From: a virus
Lineage: Duplodnaviria; Caudoviricetes
DNA: 64,000 bases
Virus record (IMG/VR): IMGVR_UViG_3300044557_000185
Location: 44,379 to 108,378 of that record
Direction: 5' to 3' (one strand)
The number at the start of each line of letters is the position of its first letter. The first letter of the stretch is position 1. The notes under the pieces are model-generated. The model worked only from the letters and a program-made list of their open reading frames with translations. It ran no database searches and was not told where the DNA came from. Below are positions 60,699 to 64,000 of the stretch, piece after piece. Made by a program: the position numbers and the translations under genes.

Positions 60699-61523
60699 CT
60701 AGTCTTTCCACAAATCATTGATTGCTGCAGCGATATCTTGCTTGCTGTCTGTTTTAGATTCTGCATCGTCTTCATCTGCTTTCGAAGCAACAGACTCTTC
60801 TGATGCAGCTTTGCTTTCAGAGTCTTGATTCAGATTGAAGGCTTTGTTGTATCGCTTCTCAGATGCAAAGATATCGACATAGTCGTCGATAGTAGCAGAA
60901 GCAAGCACTGACGCTGCAAGCGTGTCTGCATCTAGCTTAGCTTCCCTAGCTGGAATGACGCTATATGAAGTCTCTAGCTTCTCACCTTTACGAGAGAAAG
61001 ACAATGGTGTAGATGTGATATCTCCAAATTCTTCAAGAATTCCTGCTACTTCATCGTCAACAGACTTACCAACATTGATGAAGCCAATGCGATACAGATT
61101 CTTGAATGTGACTTTGCCATTGTCATCTGAATGCTCGATATCTGGGAACTTGGAAAGCACCCTATCTGCTTTCTCTTGACTTGTAGTAATGTCTTCGATC
61201 ATTGGCTTCAAGTCTTTGCCGTCTCGATCAAGCTGGAGGACCCTGCCTACATAACGAGGCTTAGGATCTTCATGAAAATGATCGTGAATGAAATCTGGCT
61301 TGCCAAGGAATGAGCGAGCGATGAAGTCTCGTTTCTTGCCACCGTCGAACACTTCATGCCAGCGATAGAATGGAATGGCAAACAGACCATTCTGAAGAAT
61401 CTGAATGTAGATCTTAGGGTTGTCTTTCGTAACGCCAATGAAATTGACGCTATTGCCATAATTGTTTGAAGTAGACTCTACTTTTTTGCGATATTGCTCG
61501 AATAGATCTTGATAGTTAGACAT
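60699..61523 (-). CDS. single-stranded DNA-binding protein (gp32-like)
   Basis: SRKGEKLETSYSVIP motif, acidic tail, upstream of recA. Confidence 0.6.
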   Translation of the reverse strand: MSNYQDLFEQYRKKVESTSNNYGNSVNFIGVTKDNPKIYIQILQNGLFAIPFYRWHEVFDGGKKRDFIARSFLGKPDFIHDHFHEDPKPRYVGRVLQLDRDGKDLKPMIEDITTSQEKADRVLSKFPDIEHSDDNGKVTFKNLYRIGFINVGKSVDDEVAGILEEFGDITSTPLSFSRKGEKLETSYSVIPAREAKLDADTLAASVLASATIDDYVDIFASEKRYNKAFNLNQDSESKAASEESVASKADEDDAESKTDSKQDIAAAINDLWKD

Positions 61524-61641
61524 ATTGCTTTCTTTTCTTATTTTGTGCTTATTATTGCGTATAGCACGCTATTTATTGCATTATATATGTTCTATGATAT
61601 TGTCTTTGCTATTCTATTCCTTTCATTTTTTATGATAGAAG

Positions 61642-61718
61642 TAGCCCGCAAGAGACTTGAACTCTTATGTCACCAATTACCCTTTCAGCATATTATAAGT
61701 ATGAGGGGATAGCGGGCT
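61642..61718 (-). tRNA. atypical tRNA-like RNA, anticodon TAT, non-canonical D-arm
   Basis: Acceptor AGCCCGC/GCGGGCT, T-arm AAGAG-TTCAAGT-CTCTT, CATA-CTTATAA-TATG hairpin. Confidence 0.6.
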
Positions 61719-61749
61719 GTTCTTTTTTGATGATAGACCACGATCATCG

Positions 61750-61823
61750 TGTCTTTGGCGAGACTCGAACTCGCAACATCCCGTTTAGAGGACGGGAATT
61801 CTATCCAGTTGAATTACAAAGAC
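61750..61823 (-). tRNA. tRNA-Arg(TCT), C33 variant
   Basis: GTCTTTG acceptor, D-loop AACTGGATA (A20), stem CCCGT/ACGGG with loop CCTCTAA, T-loop TTCGAGT. Confidence 0.8.
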
Positions 61824-61935
61824 AATGTCTGGCATTGCACCAGACTGTATGCTATAGCATTCAGCTCGTTAGTGGTCACATATAACCATGATGACTTTCG
61901 TCATGCTGCTAACTCATAGCCTACTGAAACTGCGT

Positions 61936-62000
61936 AGGTAACTGATGAATCGAACATCAACAGCATGCAAAAATGCTCTGCATACAATACCATATTACCC
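61936..62000 (-). pseudogene. degenerate tRNA
   Basis: GGTAAT/GTTACC acceptor, GATG-TTCGATT-CATC T-arm, 6-nt anticodon loop. Confidence 0.5.
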
Positions 62001-62153
62001 AGAATGCAATATTTGAATTGCAAAGATTAAAGTTGCATGCACCATTAAGATGCATGCAACAGTTAACGAAATGATCAAGGTCTGAAAGGAATCTAACTAG
62101 CCTCAACCATTTCAAGGCAACCGCATTATGATTGGATTAAACCTTATAGTTTT

Positions 62154-62182
62154 ATTATAATACAAAATCTTACGTTTGTAAA
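62154..62182 (-). promoter_or_regulatory. conserved phage promoter driving the RNA cluster
   Basis: TTTACA-N17-TATAAT. Confidence 0.75.
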
Positions 62183-62200
62183 ATCGATAGTAAAAATAAG

Positions 62201-62896
62201 TCATACTTCTTTTAGAACAGGAAAGCCTTCATAGAGCTTCTCATGCTCTTTAGTCTTTAGCCACATATTGAGTGATTCTCTTTGTGCAATAGCTGCAAGC
62301 TTGCAATCTTTGCATATTTGCTCTTTGCTGTCTCCAAGCTTGTCATTATACGATTGCAATTGAGCTTGCATTACTTCAAATGTAGCTCTTACATCGTACT
62401 TAGCATCATGATTTGGCTTACTTAGCACTTCATAGAAGTCTGCAACATCTACAAGATGCCTTGACATTCCATTAGTATTGCGCCTGTATTCTTTGTCAAT
62501 GACATACGCATCATATACCAAAGCGATATTGAACAGCTTGCTTAGAGCTGTCTTATTGACGTTAAGCTCTCTTGCAGCATTGTTGAAAAGCATAGTAAAG
62601 TCAAACGACACATTGTATCCGCAAATCACATAATCGTTTGATATAGCAGAGACTATTACATTCAAAGCATTCTTGACAGCTTCGTTGTAGTCGTCGAATG
62701 GCGAATCTTTCTTCAAGCTATCAAGATCGAATCCAGTCTTCTCAATTGCGGCATCAGACAATTGCTTAGTTACTGGCAGCTTGAACTGGAATTCCCTTAT
62801 CTTGCCATCGCTAAAACGCATTGCAGCAAATTGAGTGATCTGGTCTGAATCGAAATCAAGGCCAGTAGTCTCCAAATCAAAAGTCAAAACATTCAT
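62201..62896 (-). CDS. DnaQ-like 3'-5' exonuclease
   Basis: FDLETTG, GYNVSFD, HDAKYD. Confidence 0.9.
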   Translation of the reverse strand: MNVLTFDLETTGLDFDSDQITQFAAMRFSDGKIREFQFKLPVTKQLSDAAIEKTGFDLDSLKKDSPFDDYNEAVKNALNVIVSAISNDYVICGYNVSFDFTMLFNNAARELNVNKTALSKLFNIALVYDAYVIDKEYRRNTNGMSRHLVDVADFYEVLSKPNHDAKYDVRATFEVMQAQLQSYNDKLGDSKEQICKDCKLAAIAQRESLNMWLKTKEHEKLYEGFPVLKEV

Positions 62897-63552
62897 GACA
62901 GCTCAGCTTCCTTTATCTTCTTGATGCTAGGCTTCCACATCTTGCCAGCAATGCTCAATCCAGAAGACTCTTCATAATGAAGGTTCTTGCCTTCTTCTGT
63001 AGAAAGAACACCTTTCTCTTCTATGTTCTTTTGCCAGTTACGTCTTTCATCAACGTCAGCATCCCATTCTAGAACATCTTCTCTTTTGAAGTACTTGTCA
63101 ATGTCATACTTGTCAAAACGATCGAATGGACCTCGTATATGCTCTACTTGCTGTATTCTAGGCGTATCATGCTCTATATCAGACCAGCTAGAAAACTTGT
63201 TGACATTCGCACCAGGTGTCCATGACTTAAGCCAGTACAGATCATCATTAAGCCATGGATCATACATCTTCATGCTAGGAAGAAGTTTGCTGACTTCAAA
63301 GCCCATGTTCTCAATGTAGATCTTGCCGTCTGATATGTCTTTAGCATTGTCAAGCCACCATTCAGAAATATTGACGACTATGCCATATTTGAATGCGAAC
63401 ATGATAGCATCTGAAAACATCGTTATGTCATTGGTCAGATGGTAGTCATTAAGACATTTGCTTCCATCGACGATCTGCATTCCAGTATCAAGATTCGTTG
63501 TGACAAATCCGTCTTCTTTGTATTTTGGATTGTCTTTTTTGCGTCTACCCAA
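62893..63552 (-). CDS. hypothetical protein
   Basis: 219 aa, GAAAGGA RBS, promoter upstream. Confidence 0.7.
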   Translation of the reverse strand: MGRRKKDNPKYKEDGFVTTNLDTGMQIVDGSKCLNDYHLTNDITMFSDAIMFAFKYGIVVNISEWWLDNAKDISDGKIYIENMGFEVSKLLPSMKMYDPWLNDDLYWLKSWTPGANVNKFSSWSDIEHDTPRIQQVEHIRGPFDRFDKYDIDKYFKREDVLEWDADVDERRNWQKNIEEKGVLSTEEGKNLHYEESSGLSIAGKMWKPSIKKIKEAELS

Positions 63553-63587
63553 AACATATCCTTTCGTTTTTCATTTTTTATGATTTA

Positions 63588-63616
63588 ATTATATAACATC
63601 AATTGCAGAAAGTAAA
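63588..63616 (-). promoter_or_regulatory. conserved phage promoter
   Basis: TTTACT-N17-TATAAT. Confidence 0.75.
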
Positions 63617-63617
63617 A

Positions 63618-64000
63618 TCAGATAAGCTTTGGAAGATTGCAGAGCTTGCTACTTTCTGCGCTGCATAGCTTCTTTCTTCTTCCTTCTTCTACTACGGCAA
63701 GCGGATGATATCTTGCAAGCTCTTTGCATGCTCCCTTGTATCTGTCTTTGAACTTCTTAGTAGCATAAGTAGCATCCCAACCATTTTGCGTTCTTGAGCA
63801 TTCTAGCAGATACGATTCAGCTATCTTCTTGAAGACTCTTCCATGGCTGAACTTCTTAGTCACAACTCTTCCGCTGTTCATGTACTCTATATGAGCAGCT
63901 GTATGCGCTAAAGAAGCAGCTTTAGCATAAGGGTCAAGCATCTTCCATTGATAGCTGAAAGACAGAAGATCGTACATAAGCCCTGTTCGCAAGTCTTTGC
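63618..64000 (-). CDS. thymidylate synthase-family C-terminal part, probable dCMP hydroxymethylase (5' end outside window)
   Basis: xKDLRTGLMYD matches the spacing of the RSxD...G...N/D motif, with Asp at the specificity position. Confidence 0.55.
   Translation of the reverse strand, partial: KDLRTGLMYDLLSFSYQWKMLDPYAKAASLAHTAAHIEYMNSGRVVTKKFSHGRVFKKIAESYLLECSRTQNGWDATYATKKFKDRYKGACKELARYHPLAVVEEGRRKKLCSAESSKLCNLPKLI

Noticed and set aside
61750-61823. Amber recoding of the genome
   Set aside because: Many full-length genes end in TAG and coding density is high in the standard code.
58-63319. Most plus-strand ORFs in the track
   Set aside because: They are antisense shadows of minus-strand genes; only 18047 and 18550 have promoter, RBS or motif support.

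Overview
64-kb segment of a large, AT-rich (roughly 40% GC by eye) contractile-tailed dsDNA phage, almost entirely on the minus strand. WhiB, a DivIVA-domain mini-protein and the terminase/primase/RecA/baseplate types point to an actinobacterial host (Bifidobacterium-like is my inference). In transcription order (right to left): thymidylate-synthase-family C-terminus, DnaQ exonuclease, a tRNA/ncRNA cluster, SSB, RecA, resolvase, WhiB, dCTPase-like, DnaC/DnaB, a T4 beta-glucosyltransferase-like gene, primase, GT2, dCTP deaminase, N-glycosidase, HD hydrolase, spike-like gene, TerL N-half (with mini-intein), about 17 kb of early/accessory genes, TerL C-half, solo TnpB, tail chaperones (-1 frameshift), tape measure, hub, baseplate, homing endonuclease, tube, sheath, membrane/lysis genes and fibres. 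Main findings: (1) TerL is split into two genes about 17 kb apart, with the break inside a decayed Hint/intein-like remnant; (2) ten dispersed ~120-bp intergenic palindromes with fixed geometry, in a genome whose virion gene order is scrambled; (3) a T4-like glycosylated-hydroxymethylcytosine pathway in an actinophage; (4) atypical tRNA-like RNAs; (5) a receptor-binding module apparently captured from a small podovirus. All family calls come from motif recognition by eye; no searches were run.
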